In this document: positions 45,487 to 54,918 of the stretch, piece after piece
Layout: every line of letters starts with the position of its first letter
Position numbering within the stretch: position 1 is the first letter of the stretch
Source of the DNA: Spirochaetaceae bacterium
GTDB taxonomy: Bacteria > Spirochaetota > Spirochaetia > DSM-27196 > PWMO01
Direction of reading: 5' to 3'
NCBI GenBank assembly: GCA_007693485.1
Contig: REDM01000165.1
Location: forward strand, 39,204 to 103,203
Length of the DNA: 64,000 nt
Translations under genes and position numbers: made by a program
The notes under the pieces: model-generated
Databases searched by the model: none
Told to the model about the DNA's origin: nothing
What the model saw: only the letters and a program-made list of their open reading frames with translations

Positions 45487-46443
45487 TCACCGGCCCTCCG
45501 GCTCAGGGGGCGCTGCGGACAGACCGCCTTCGATCGAACCGCCGTCGGACAAATCGTCGGTGGCGGTACCCAGCAACGACTCGTATCGCAGATCGGGGTG
45601 AATTCCCAGCCGTGTCAGGGAAAAATCAAAGCGCACCGGATCGGCGGGATCGATACGGCGAAACGCCGCGGTGATCTCCAGCGCGGTGCGCGCATCGCAG
45701 CTGCGTCGCACGGTCAACCCAAGTTCGCGCGCCAGCCGGTGCATATGGGTGTCCAGGGGTACGATCAGCTGTGCCGGGCGCACGCCGCCCCATCCACCGG
45801 GATCGATGCAATCCGAGCGCACCATCCAGCGTAAGAACAGGTGCAGCCGCTTGAGGCTCCCGCCGCGACCGGGCAACGGAAGCAGAATCGCGATCGGACC
45901 CTCGGTGCGCGCGTGAAACCGCGCCAGAAAGCCCTCAGCTGCGGGTAGCGTAGTCTCGGCGTCCGCGACGTGCCCGCTCAGAAACGCGCGCTCCAGCGAA
46001 CCAAACTCCCGCAGCAGAGAACCCACCGCCGCGAAGAAGTTGGCAAGATGGTCGGCGGTGAAAAAGCGGTAGAGAAAGCCGTCGCAGCGGTCGCGCAAAT
46101 TGGCGGCCTCACAGTGGCGAAGCGTCTCGGCCGGACGTGCTCCCAACGCACCCAGAGCCGCGGTACAGGCGCCCAGAATCCCCCCAACCCGTCCGAGGGC
46201 GAGTGCGGATGCAATGAACGCCGCGACTTCCCGATCCGCAGGATCGTCATATCGATACACCATCTCCAGCGGATCCGGGTGAAGAAACCGTGGATGGTGG
46301 TGGCGCTGGAACAGATCGTGGAGCAGCCCGGCGAGGTGCTCCGGAGGTTGTACGCCAGGCTGGGCCTCAGGCGGCACCGGTTGCTTCACGGGAGTTTGCA
46401 CGGGAGTCGGTTTCCGGGTATGGTGTCGACCATGATTCTTCAA
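45487..46443 (-). CDS. DUF2400 / TIGR02757-like family protein
   Basis: LKRLHLFLRWMVR...PLDTHMHRLARELGL...DPVRFDFSLTRLG pattern as I remember that family. The 5' end is uncertain (TTG at 46443, Pro/Val-rich leader). Confidence 0.55.
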   Translation of the reverse strand: MKNHGRHHTRKPTPVQTPVKQPVPPEAQPGVQPPEHLAGLLHDLFQRHHHPRFLHPDPLEMVYRYDDPADREVAAFIASALALGRVGGILGACTAALGALGARPAETLRHCEAANLRDRCDGFLYRFFTADHLANFFAAVGSLLREFGSLERAFLSGHVADAETTLPAAEGFLARFHARTEGPIAILLPLPGRGGSLKRLHLFLRWMVRSDCIDPGGWGGVRPAQLIVPLDTHMHRLARELGLTVRRSCDARTALEITAAFRRIDPADPVRFDFSLTRLGIHPDLRYESLLGTATDDLSDGGSIEGGLSAAPPEPEGR

Positions 46444-46884
46444 TCAACGATCCTTGTCGAGTTTGTTGCGCGGTACTTCTACTGGGTCTTCCTGGCCATT
46501 CTCATTCTGAACATGACCCAGCGAAAACACCAGAAAACGGCGCAGAAAAAACGCATGGCAACGCTCTATCTTGCCATTGCCGCCCTTGTCATCTACGCCG
46601 GTGCCGAAATGTGCCGCCAGTACGCACTGGGCGACGGAGTCATGGTCGCCGTGATTCTCGCGGTAATCGCCGCAGTGGCCATCCTGCGTAATCACACCTT
46701 TCCGTTCACCCTCACGTGCCAATGCACCGGACGCCGGCTTGACTGGAACTCCATCCTTTACCGCGACGACAACTGCCTTCCCGAACCGGAACCCGAGGAA
46801 GAGGAAGATACGGACGACGAACACGACGAACCTCAGGACGAATACGCCGAAGAGACCGGAGACCCCGACGATCCGCCACGCTGA
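46432..46884 (+). CDS. Small membrane protein with a Cys-containing linker and strongly acidic C-terminal tail
   Basis: Hydrophobic helices (ARYFYWVFLAILIL; LYLAIAALVIY; VMVAVILAVIAAVAIL) followed by EPEPEEEEDTDDEHDEPQDEYAEETGDPDD. Alternative ATG at 46420. Confidence 0.5.
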   Translation: MILQSTILVEFVARYFYWVFLAILILNMTQRKHQKTAQKKRMATLYLAIAALVIYAGAEMCRQYALGDGVMVAVILAVIAAVAILRNHTFPFTLTCQCTGRRLDWNSILYRDDNCLPEPEPEEEEDTDDEHDEPQDEYAEETGDPDDPPR

Positions 46885-46889
46885 GCTGC

Positions 46890-47417
46890 TCAGCCCCCCG
46901 GCCTGCGATTCACGTGAGCGATCAGCATCACCACTCCCGCTGCGATGAAGAGAACGGGCCACCAGAGCCCAACAAACCGAATGAAGCTGATCGACACGAT
47001 GTCCAGACTGAAGGGCAGGAAGATCAGGGACAGGAGGATGATCGCCCACGCGGGAACGATCAGTACCGCTCGAGCTGAGGGATCATGCTTCTTCATTCCG
47101 TACCCAAGAAGCGAACAGCCGGCAATTGCCATGAACACCGGCCATATGCGACTCAGCGCAACGCGAGAGAGCACGGTGTTCATCAGGAGCGCCACCGCTC
47201 CGCCAAGGGCGAGAAAGAGGCCAGAAAAAACGTAGGATTCGCGCCCTGCACGAAAGAAAACCGCGTAGAGCATCCAAAGGCCAATGAGCATGACCAGAAT
47301 CGGCCAGAGCGCGGCGGCCGCGGGTAGGTAGCCAAGCGTCCACAGCAGGAGCGCCGCTCCAAGCACGATGAATCCAAAACCGAAGAGTACAAGTTTGTTT
47401 GGCACGCGGTGTAACAT
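46890..47417 (-). CDS. Polytopic membrane protein of unknown function
   Basis: About 6 hydrophobic helices from MLHRVPNKLVLFGFGFIVLGAAL. The part of ORF 46890..48125 upstream of 47417 is antisense to the neighbouring gene. Confidence 0.55.
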   Translation of the reverse strand: MLHRVPNKLVLFGFGFIVLGAALLLWTLGYLPAAAALWPILVMLIGLWMLYAVFFRAGRESYVFSGLFLALGGAVALLMNTVLSRVALSRIWPVFMAIAGCSLLGYGMKKHDPSARAVLIVPAWAIILLSLIFLPFSLDIVSISFIRFVGLWWPVLFIAAGVVMLIAHVNRRPGG

Positions 47418-47492
47418 GGTACCTCGGCTTGATTGTAGCAAAGGGCCGGGCTCTTGAAAAGTGGGGCGCCGATTGAGTAGACTGTCAAAGGT

Positions 47493-48533
47493 ATGCGATA
47501 TCGATACGTTCCAGCCGCACTTGCGGCCATTCTGATACTGACGGTTCTGTCCGGGTGCGCACGCGTCGACGACTACTACATCGTTGGCACCACGGAGCAG
47601 CAACAGGAGCTTCGCGAGCTGTTTCAACTGCTCGACGGCAACGGCGATGACGACGCCGCGCGGGTCATTCTCATCGAGCAGATTGCCGGGCATCTCCTGC
47701 AGGCTGGATACCCCGAGCGCATGCGTGTGTTTCTGACCACGCACGTTGAGAACCACCCTGAAGACCCGTTCAGCGCCTACTACCTGCTGCTGGTTGCACG
47801 CAACTACGGCACTCCGGAGATGGCTGAGCACTACTACCAGCGCATTCTGGCCAATTACACCGACCTGATCGTGCGCGGCACATCGGTTCACTACGCCGCG
47901 CTTACCGAGCTTCTGAGGCTCACCGACGATCCCGCCGTTCGCATCCACTACTACCAGGACCTTCTGGATCGCTATCGCGATCGCATCGACCCCGGTGCGA
48001 CCTACTTTGCCATGGCGCGGACCTTCGAGGAGCTGGGCGAGTGGGACCTTGCCTTTGGCGCTTATCGCAATTTTCTCAACTATCCACAGACGCGCATCCT
48101 CGGCTTCCCGGAGGCGCACCGCCACGTCCGTGACCGGGTGAACTTCTACGATTCAAGACGCGACTGGACGATGGAGAGTCTCGACGGCCTGGTAACGACC
48201 ATCAAGAGCGCCATCTGGCGACAGGACGTGCGCACCCTGCTGCGCCACAAGGCGCGTGAAAACTTCTTCGCGATGTCGTGGGAGCAGCAGGAGTACGACG
48301 CCAACAGCCAGATCGACTTCAACGTGGGGACCTTCCTGGTCCGCTCACGGGTTCGGTACGCGGAGGAGCTCGAAGTCAACTCCAATGCGCGCGAAGCCTT
48401 TCTTCGCACCTGGGGTTGGTCGCACCGGATCCGCACCTGGTACCTCTACTTCCGTCGCGTAGACTTTCCGGCCGACCCCGAAATACACGGAAACTGGGAA
48501 TGGGCGGGAATCTACTTTGGCGAGGCCATGTAG
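47493..48533 (+). CDS. Lipoprotein with helical-repeat (TPR-like) N-terminal region
   Basis: Lipobox LTVLSGC. Repeated amphipathic helices with Y/W/L spacing. Confidence 0.6.
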   Translation: MRYRYVPAALAAILILTVLSGCARVDDYYIVGTTEQQQELRELFQLLDGNGDDDAARVILIEQIAGHLLQAGYPERMRVFLTTHVENHPEDPFSAYYLLLVARNYGTPEMAEHYYQRILANYTDLIVRGTSVHYAALTELLRLTDDPAVRIHYYQDLLDRYRDRIDPGATYFAMARTFEELGEWDLAFGAYRNFLNYPQTRILGFPEAHRHVRDRVNFYDSRRDWTMESLDGLVTTIKSAIWRQDVRTLLRHKARENFFAMSWEQQEYDANSQIDFNVGTFLVRSRVRYAEELEVNSNAREAFLRTWGWSHRIRTWYLYFRRVDFPADPEIHGNWEWAGIYFGEAM

Positions 48534-48620
48534 CCTCTGGGGCACACGCACCCCGAAGCGGCGCACGCACCAACGGTAAGCCCGCGAGCGGTTTTCGCCG
48601 ATACTGAAGGCGGGAGCACG

Positions 48621-49508
48621 ATGCGCATACCACACCGATTTCTGCTGATTGCCTGTCTCACGGTTCTTGCCGCTCATGCAGCCGGTGCGCTCGATTACCG
48701 GGCGACCACGACGGTCGATTGGCACCGACGAATCGTGGTGATGGAGGTGCAGGCGCCGATTCCCACGAGCGGCAGAAACCTCGCAGCCGCGGAACACTCG
48801 GTGCGCCGCGAGATCGAGCGCGATCTGCCCCAGATCCTCCAGGAAGCGCTGCTGGCGGTTCGCCTCGATGAGGGGCGCACCGTCTCGGATCTTCTCGATC
48901 AAAACCTCGAACTGGCGGCGTCGCTTCCCGGCGTTGTCGCCGGCGCGCGACGGGTGCGGGTGCATCGTACCCCGGATCTGCACGAAGTGGTCGCCGAATA
49001 TCATCTCCCCCTCTTCCCTGAACTGGCTCAAATTGTGATTACGCACGGAGACCCGACGCCACTCCCCCGCTCGGTGAGTTGGGTTCCCACGCGCCGTTAC
49101 ACCGGGATTGTCATTGTCGCTGACACCCCTCTTCCGATCCATGGAACCAGACGGCAAGGGCTTGCTGTTCCGGCCATGATGCCGCGGATCTTTGACAGAA
49201 CCATGCGCACGGTTTTGTCGTTCGACATGGTTCCGTCGGATGTCGTCCGTACCTCCGGCATGGTGCGCTACACCGACAACGCGCAGGACCCGATGATTCA
49301 GACGGTAGCCGGTGACGACCCCCTCTACATCGTCGCGACCGGCCTGTTTGGAACCACCGTCACGGATCTGCTGATCCCCACCGACGCCGCGGACCGAATC
49401 CTCTTCTCCGACTCCAACCGCGAACTGCTGCGGTCTGGGCAGGTCGTTGTCGTTGTCCCCGCGCAAAACCTTCGCGAAACCACCCAGATTCGTCCCCGCG
49501 TGCATTGA
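48621..49508 (+). CDS. Secreted protein of unknown function
   Basis: Signal peptide MRIPHRFLLIACLTVLAAHAAGA. No family recognised. Confidence 0.55.
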   Translation: MRIPHRFLLIACLTVLAAHAAGALDYRATTTVDWHRRIVVMEVQAPIPTSGRNLAAAEHSVRREIERDLPQILQEALLAVRLDEGRTVSDLLDQNLELAASLPGVVAGARRVRVHRTPDLHEVVAEYHLPLFPELAQIVITHGDPTPLPRSVSWVPTRRYTGIVIVADTPLPIHGTRRQGLAVPAMMPRIFDRTMRTVLSFDMVPSDVVRTSGMVRYTDNAQDPMIQTVAGDDPLYIVATGLFGTTVTDLLIPTDAADRILFSDSNRELLRSGQVVVVVPAQNLRETTQIRPRVH

Positions 49509-49546
49509 CGAGCACCGCACGGTCGGTGCAAATTCAGACTCAAGCT

Positions 49547-50845
49547 ATGAAGACACAATACGCATTGCGGGTTTTTCTTTTGGTGGTTGCGGCGTCGGCT
49601 CTTTTGGTGGCGTGTGGACCGCGGACGGTTGGGCACGGCGTCCTTCTGTGGCCCGAGGATAACCCGGAGTTGGCCGGAGCGGTCGTTAGTATCCTTGAGA
49701 TTTCGAATATCCAGAACAGCTACATCATCGCCTTTGAAGACGGCACCCGGGAGATGATCCCCCAGTGGCGCATTCGGTTTTTCAACTCTGCCACCGATGC
49801 GCGCGAGTTTGCCGACGCGTACGCCCAAGTGGCCCAGACCTTCGTTCGTGCGGATCGAAACGCCCTTCCGGTGAGACGGATCCTTGATCGCACCTCGCAG
49901 GCGGTCTACCGACTGCGGGAAGGCGAGGAGGCCAAGGTCATCAGCCGGACCGCTGAGCCGCATAACGAAGCGGGACTTGTGGCGCACTGGTACGAGGTGC
50001 TCACCGAAGATGGAACAACCGGCTGGACCTTTGGTTTTTACCTGACCGCCTTTGAGGCGGGTCAGCAGGTTGCCGTCCGCGGTGCAGATGACGAGGTCGA
50101 CCCGCTGATCGAGCGACTGGTGGACAACGTGTGGAGGCCATCCTCCATCGGTCAAATGATCCGCAACGGCACCATCGATCTCGCCCAAATGCGCAGCGAC
50201 TTCGGGCTCTTCCCCGAACCCGAAGAAAACCGGTTCCGCCTCGTTCTTCCCGGAGGCCGATCAGAGGTCTTTCGGTACACCGATATCGTGCGTTCCACGG
50301 TCCGACAGTACGCACTGCAGGGCACCACCCTCCAGGTGACGTTCCGAAGCGAAAACGCCATCACCATTCAGTACACGGTGGGAACTCAGACCGAGTCGGC
50401 GGACCTGGAAATCATCGAACACGATCTCGCCGAGGTGCGCGAACGCGAGATCGAGCGGCGTACCGAATTGATCCGCGAGCTCGCGGAGAGAAGCGACCGT
50501 TGGGTCAGCTCCGCCTACGGACGGATCACCTTGAGCAGTGACGGCCGCTTCCAGTGGACCGGATACGAGAGTTTTGTCCCCACCGTGATTCCGCGCGGTG
50601 CCGGGCTTGAGGGGCGAATCGAATTCAGCCATTTCCTCGCACCACCGCTTCGTGGAAGCTTCGACGGCGTGCTCACGTTCCGCTTCAACCAACTCGATAA
50701 TCGGCCGGTCCACTTTGCCTATACTCGAACGGACACCGGTATGAGATTGACCAATGTGCCCCCGCAGAACATCAACCGAAACGTGGTGATGTCGGTGGGA
50801 AGCGGTTCGGTAGTCGCGTTCTTCACTGCCGATCCGTCGTCTTGA
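49547..50845 (+). CDS. Lipoprotein with SH3b-like segment
   Basis: Lipobox LLVACG. VYRLREGEEAKVISRT...WYEVLTEDGTTGWTFGFYL resembles bacterial SH3 domains. Confidence 0.55.
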   Translation: MKTQYALRVFLLVVAASALLVACGPRTVGHGVLLWPEDNPELAGAVVSILEISNIQNSYIIAFEDGTREMIPQWRIRFFNSATDAREFADAYAQVAQTFVRADRNALPVRRILDRTSQAVYRLREGEEAKVISRTAEPHNEAGLVAHWYEVLTEDGTTGWTFGFYLTAFEAGQQVAVRGADDEVDPLIERLVDNVWRPSSIGQMIRNGTIDLAQMRSDFGLFPEPEENRFRLVLPGGRSEVFRYTDIVRSTVRQYALQGTTLQVTFRSENAITIQYTVGTQTESADLEIIEHDLAEVREREIERRTELIRELAERSDRWVSSAYGRITLSSDGRFQWTGYESFVPTVIPRGAGLEGRIEFSHFLAPPLRGSFDGVLTFRFNQLDNRPVHFAYTRTDTGMRLTNVPPQNINRNVVMSVGSGSVVAFFTADPSS

Positions 50846-50854
50846 GTAATTGCT

Positions 50855-52828
50855 GTGACCGTTGTCTCTCTTACTTCGGTAGATGTTGCATTTAGCGACC
50901 GACAGGTCCTTGACGCGGTAAACCTGACGCTCGACGATCGCTGCCGCGTCGCGCTGACCGGTGCGAACGGCAGTGGGAAGACCACGCTGCTGCGACTGAT
51001 CGCGGCGCAGGCGTCGCCCGACTCAGGCTCCGTTGCAGTCACCCGTGGGTGCACCGTAGGATACCTCCCGCAGTCAGGGCTGGTACATCGAGGTCGCAGC
51101 CTGCTCGATGAGTCGGAACAGGCGTTCTCCCGGTTTCACGACATGGTCTCCCGACTCGATGAGGTCGCTGACGCGCTCCCTGCGGCCGCGGAAGACGGGC
51201 AGGAGGCCCTGCTTCACGAGATGCACGAGTTGCAGGAGCGCCTCGAGCATTCGGGATTCTATCAGCGGCAGGCGCGCATCGATTCGGTTCTCACCGGTCT
51301 GGGTTTTCGCCGAAGCGATTTCACGCGGGACACCGGGGAGTTTTCCTCGGGGTGGCAGATGCGCATCGCGCTCGCCAAGATCCTGCTCGCCCACCCCGAT
51401 CTGCTCCTGCTCGATGAACCGACCAACTACCTCGATCTGGAAGCGCGCGAGTGGCTCGAGAGCTTTCTCACCGCCTATCCCGGCGGATTTGTCCTCGTGT
51501 CCCACGATCGGTTCTTTCTTGACACCACGGTGTCCGAGGTGATGGAGCTCTTCCTCGGGCGACTCATCCGGTTTCGCGGAAACTACAGCGCCTACCAGGC
51601 GGTTCGGGAGAAGGATCTTGTTGACCTCCAGAAGCGCTACGAACAGCAGCAGGAGGAGATTGCGCGGGCCGAAGAGTTTATCCGGCGGTTTCGATACAAC
51701 GCCTCCAAGGCAAACATGGTGCAGAGTCGCATCAAGCAGCTGGAGAAAACCGAGCGGATCGTGATTCCCGAATCGATGAAGCACATCCGGTTTCGATTCC
51801 CCAAGCCGGCGCGCAGCGGTGACGAGGCGCTGGTTCTTGACGGGATCGGCAAGCGGTACGACACGGTGCCGGTACTGCGGGACGTCTCGTTTACGGTCAT
51901 GCGCGGACAGAAGGTGGCCGTGGTGGGGCGCAACGGCGCGGGAAAATCGACGCTGCTGCGAATCATCGCAGGTGCCGACCGCCGCTACGACGGCAGCTTC
52001 CGTCTTGGCAGCAACGTGGCGGTCAGTTACTACAGCGAAGACCACGCTCACGATGCAGCCGGAAGTGCGGAGCGATCCATACTCGAGACCATCGAAGCGC
52101 ACTGCGAGACGGCGATGATCCCGCTCGTACGAGACCTGCTGGGCGCCTTCCTCTTTCGTGGCGACGATGTCCACAAACCCGTTGGAGTGCTCAGTGGCGG
52201 CGAGACCAGTCGCGTCAACCTGCTGCGCATGCTCGTTCGCCCGGCCAACCTCCTGATCCTGGATGAGCCGACCAACCACCTCGACATGAGCTCCAAAGAC
52301 GTCCTCCTCGACGCCCTGCGGAGCTACCAGGGAACGGTGCTCTTCGTATCACACGACCGGCATTTTCTGGAAGGGCTCGCCGATCGCGTCATCGAGCTCG
52401 ATCGTCCCGACACCGACCGTTTCAGCGTGGTGACCGACTATCCAGGCGACTACCAGTACTATCGCCGGCGCGTTGAAACACGCGGAGAACCCGATGCGAC
52501 GGCGTCAACGTCCGGGGACGCAGGAGGTGCATCATCGGACGATTACGAACAGCGCAAACAGCGAAAGGGCCGCCTGCGGTCACTCGCGCGTGAAGAGGAC
52601 GAGCTTATTCAGGCCATGGAGACGGCAGAACACACCTGCACCCGCATTGAGGCCGCCATGGGATCCGAAGAAAACTACCTCGACCCCGATCGAATGCAGG
52701 ATCTCCATCGCGACCTCGCGCGCGAGCGGGAACGGTACACCGAATTGAGCGGCCGATGGGAGAAGCTTGAGCGCGAACGCGCCCTGCTCGAAGCCGCCGA
52801 AGAAGCAACCCCATCGGGGAGGAACTGA
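50855..52828 (+). CDS. ABC-F family ATPase (Uup-like, with C-terminal coiled coil)
   Basis: Two NBDs (GANGSGKTT / GRNGAGKST; FSSGWQMR / LSGGETSR), an inter-domain linker, no TM domain, and a charged helical tail. GTG start. Confidence 0.9.
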   Translation: MTVVSLTSVDVAFSDRQVLDAVNLTLDDRCRVALTGANGSGKTTLLRLIAAQASPDSGSVAVTRGCTVGYLPQSGLVHRGRSLLDESEQAFSRFHDMVSRLDEVADALPAAAEDGQEALLHEMHELQERLEHSGFYQRQARIDSVLTGLGFRRSDFTRDTGEFSSGWQMRIALAKILLAHPDLLLLDEPTNYLDLEAREWLESFLTAYPGGFVLVSHDRFFLDTTVSEVMELFLGRLIRFRGNYSAYQAVREKDLVDLQKRYEQQQEEIARAEEFIRRFRYNASKANMVQSRIKQLEKTERIVIPESMKHIRFRFPKPARSGDEALVLDGIGKRYDTVPVLRDVSFTVMRGQKVAVVGRNGAGKSTLLRIIAGADRRYDGSFRLGSNVAVSYYSEDHAHDAAGSAERSILETIEAHCETAMIPLVRDLLGAFLFRGDDVHKPVGVLSGGETSRVNLLRMLVRPANLLILDEPTNHLDMSSKDVLLDALRSYQGTVLFVSHDRHFLEGLADRVIELDRPDTDRFSVVTDYPGDYQYYRRRVETRGEPDATASTSGDAGGASSDDYEQRKQRKGRLRSLAREEDELIQAMETAEHTCTRIEAAMGSEENYLDPDRMQDLHRDLARERERYTELSGRWEKLERERALLEAAEEATPSGRN

Positions 52829-53592
52829 TGACGCGCATCATATCGTGGAATGTCAACGGAGTACGTGCCGCGGCGACCAAGGGGCTGCTGGAGTTCCTGC
52901 AGGCCGAACAGCCGGACTTTCTCTGTCTTCAGGAAACCAAGGCACAGCCCGATCAGCTTGCCGAAGATGTGTTGAGCCCCGCAGGGTATACCGGGTACTG
53001 GGCATCCGCGGAAAAGAAGGGGTACAGCGGTGTCGCCATCTACGCCCGCACCGCGCCCCAATCGGTAGAGGTGATGGGCATACCCCGGTTTGATGCTGAG
53101 GGCCGCGTGCTGATGCTCGCTTATCCGCAGTTTGTGGTGATCAGCGCCTACTTTCCCAACAGCCAGGACGGCGGAAAGCGGCTCGATTACAAGCTCGATT
53201 TCTGCGAATCGATGCAGGCGCTCTGCGACCGTATGGTGGCCGAAGGACGGGACGTGGTGCTCTGCGGAGACTACAACGTCGCGCACAAGCCAATCGACCT
53301 CGAGCATCCTGCCGCCAACGAAAAAAATGCCGGATATCTTCCCGAAGAGCGCGCATGGATGGACCGCTTCACCGCCGGTGGGTACGTGGACAGCTTTCGT
53401 GTTCTCCACCCGGAGCCCAGGCAGTACACCTGGTGGTCCTACCGCTTCAACGCGCGGGCAAACAACGTGGGGTGGCGCATCGACTACACCTGCGTCAACG
53501 ATCGCCTCGCCGGGGCAGTTCGCGCAGCCGAGATTCATCCAGAGGTGATGGGCTCCGACCACTGTCCCGTGAGTATTGCGATCGACCGGTAA
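52828..53592 (+). CDS. xthA: Exodeoxyribonuclease III
   Basis: IISWNVNGVRA...FLCLQETK...GDYNVAH...WSYR...RIDY...GSDHCPV. Confidence 0.9.
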   Translation: MTRIISWNVNGVRAAATKGLLEFLQAEQPDFLCLQETKAQPDQLAEDVLSPAGYTGYWASAEKKGYSGVAIYARTAPQSVEVMGIPRFDAEGRVLMLAYPQFVVISAYFPNSQDGGKRLDYKLDFCESMQALCDRMVAEGRDVVLCGDYNVAHKPIDLEHPAANEKNAGYLPEERAWMDRFTAGGYVDSFRVLHPEPRQYTWWSYRFNARANNVGWRIDYTCVNDRLAGAVRAAEIHPEVMGSDHCPVSIAIDR

Positions 53593-53709
53593 GCACGCTC
53601 ATTCGCCCGACACCCGTACCGTCCTCGTACAATCCACATTTGTTTCACTTTTGCACCGGTTTCTGAGTACCTTAGTCGGGGACGGCAGTGCCGTTCCGGG
53701 AACAACTAG

Positions 53710-54357
53710 ATGAATGAAGAACGAATACATATTCCCCTCTTTCCCCTTGGTCTGGTGCTGATGCCGCATATGCCGCTGCCGCTTCACATATTTGAAGAAC
53801 GGTATCGCGGGATGATTACTGAGTGCATCGACAATGACCAACCCTTTGGCGTGGTGCTCGCCGGCAGCCGCCGGATCCAGGAATACGGATGCATTGCCCG
53901 CATCGACCGCGTTCTGGAGCGCTACGACGACGGACGGTACGACATCCTCGCCATGGGCACCCAACGGTTTCACACCATCTCCACCGACGCGAGCAAACCC
54001 TACCTGACCGCAGTGGTTGAGGTGATCCATGACGAGGACGAACTGATTGTGGACACCTATATCGACCTCGCACGCGAGACGGTCAAAAAACTGGAGATCT
54101 ACGCAGCGATGGTCGGCGGCACCATCGACCGGGATACCCTCCTGGTGCTCGGACCGCAGAAGCTGTCCTTTGTTGCCGCAGCCTCGGCGTTTTTCACCAT
54201 GGAACAGAAACAGACTCTGCTCCAGCTGACGCGCATCGGTGAACGCCTCCAGTTCATTCGCGAGGCACTCGAACAGGCAATCATTCGCCGGAAGATGACG
54301 CGTACCGTTCAGCGCGTTATCGGCGAGAAGGACGATATCAGCCATCTGTTCAACTGA
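53710..54357 (+). CDS. LON N-terminal (substrate-binding) domain protein
   Basis: IPLFPLGLVLMPHMPLPLHIFEERYR opening typical of the LON-N/PUA-like domain. No ATPase or protease domain. Confidence 0.8.
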   Translation: MNEERIHIPLFPLGLVLMPHMPLPLHIFEERYRGMITECIDNDQPFGVVLAGSRRIQEYGCIARIDRVLERYDDGRYDILAMGTQRFHTISTDASKPYLTAVVEVIHDEDELIVDTYIDLARETVKKLEIYAAMVGGTIDRDTLLVLGPQKLSFVAAASAFFTMEQKQTLLQLTRIGERLQFIREALEQAIIRRKMTRTVQRVIGEKDDISHLFN

Positions 54358-54410
54358 TCGCTCCGGCCGCCTGATCGCGTGAGGGTGCGCAACTCCCCCA
54401 CACGTTCTCA

Positions 54411-54830
54411 CTACGCCTCGTGTGGTTCCAGTTTCAGACAGACCGAATTGATGCAGTACCGCATTCCCGTGGGTTGGGGACCGTCGGGAAAGACGTGGCC
54501 GAGGTGAGCATCACAGCGCGCGCACAGCACCTCGGTGCGTGTCATGCCCCACGATACGTCAGTTTGTACCGAGACCGCGGCGTCGTCGGCCGGCTGGGTG
54601 TAACTCGGCCACCCCGTGCCCGAGTCAAACTTGTCCTCGGACCGAAACAGCTCAGCACCGCAACAGGCGCAGCGATAGACTCCCGGCGTCTTGGAGGCGT
54701 AATACTCCCCCGTAAACGCGCGTTCGGTTCCCTGTTTCCGCGCGACGGCGAATTGCTGCGGGGTGAGAATCTCTCGCCACTCGTTGTCACTTTTCTTCAC
54801 TTTTTCCGCCACGGTTCGCTCCTGATTCAA
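54411..54830 (-). CDS. msrB: Peptide-methionine (R)-S-oxide reductase
   Basis: [13 protein letters not shown]...GWPSY...[12 protein letters not shown]...RYCINS. Confidence 0.92.
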   Translation of the reverse strand: MNQERTVAEKVKKSDNEWREILTPQQFAVARKQGTERAFTGEYYASKTPGVYRCACCGAELFRSEDKFDSGTGWPSYTQPADDAAVSVQTDVSWGMTRTEVLCARCDAHLGHVFPDGPQPTGMRYCINSVCLKLEPHEA

Positions 54831-54918
54831 CGGGGATACTCAGAATATAGCGATCGTACCTCGCCGGAAGCAACCAATTCCCCAATACCGGTGGTATTGC
54901 GCGCCAATATGGTGTAAG

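Noticed and set aside
47418-48125. 5' extension of minus-strand ORF 46890..48125
   Set aside because: Antisense to the TPR-like lipoprotein gene. The membrane-protein signal begins only at Met 47417.
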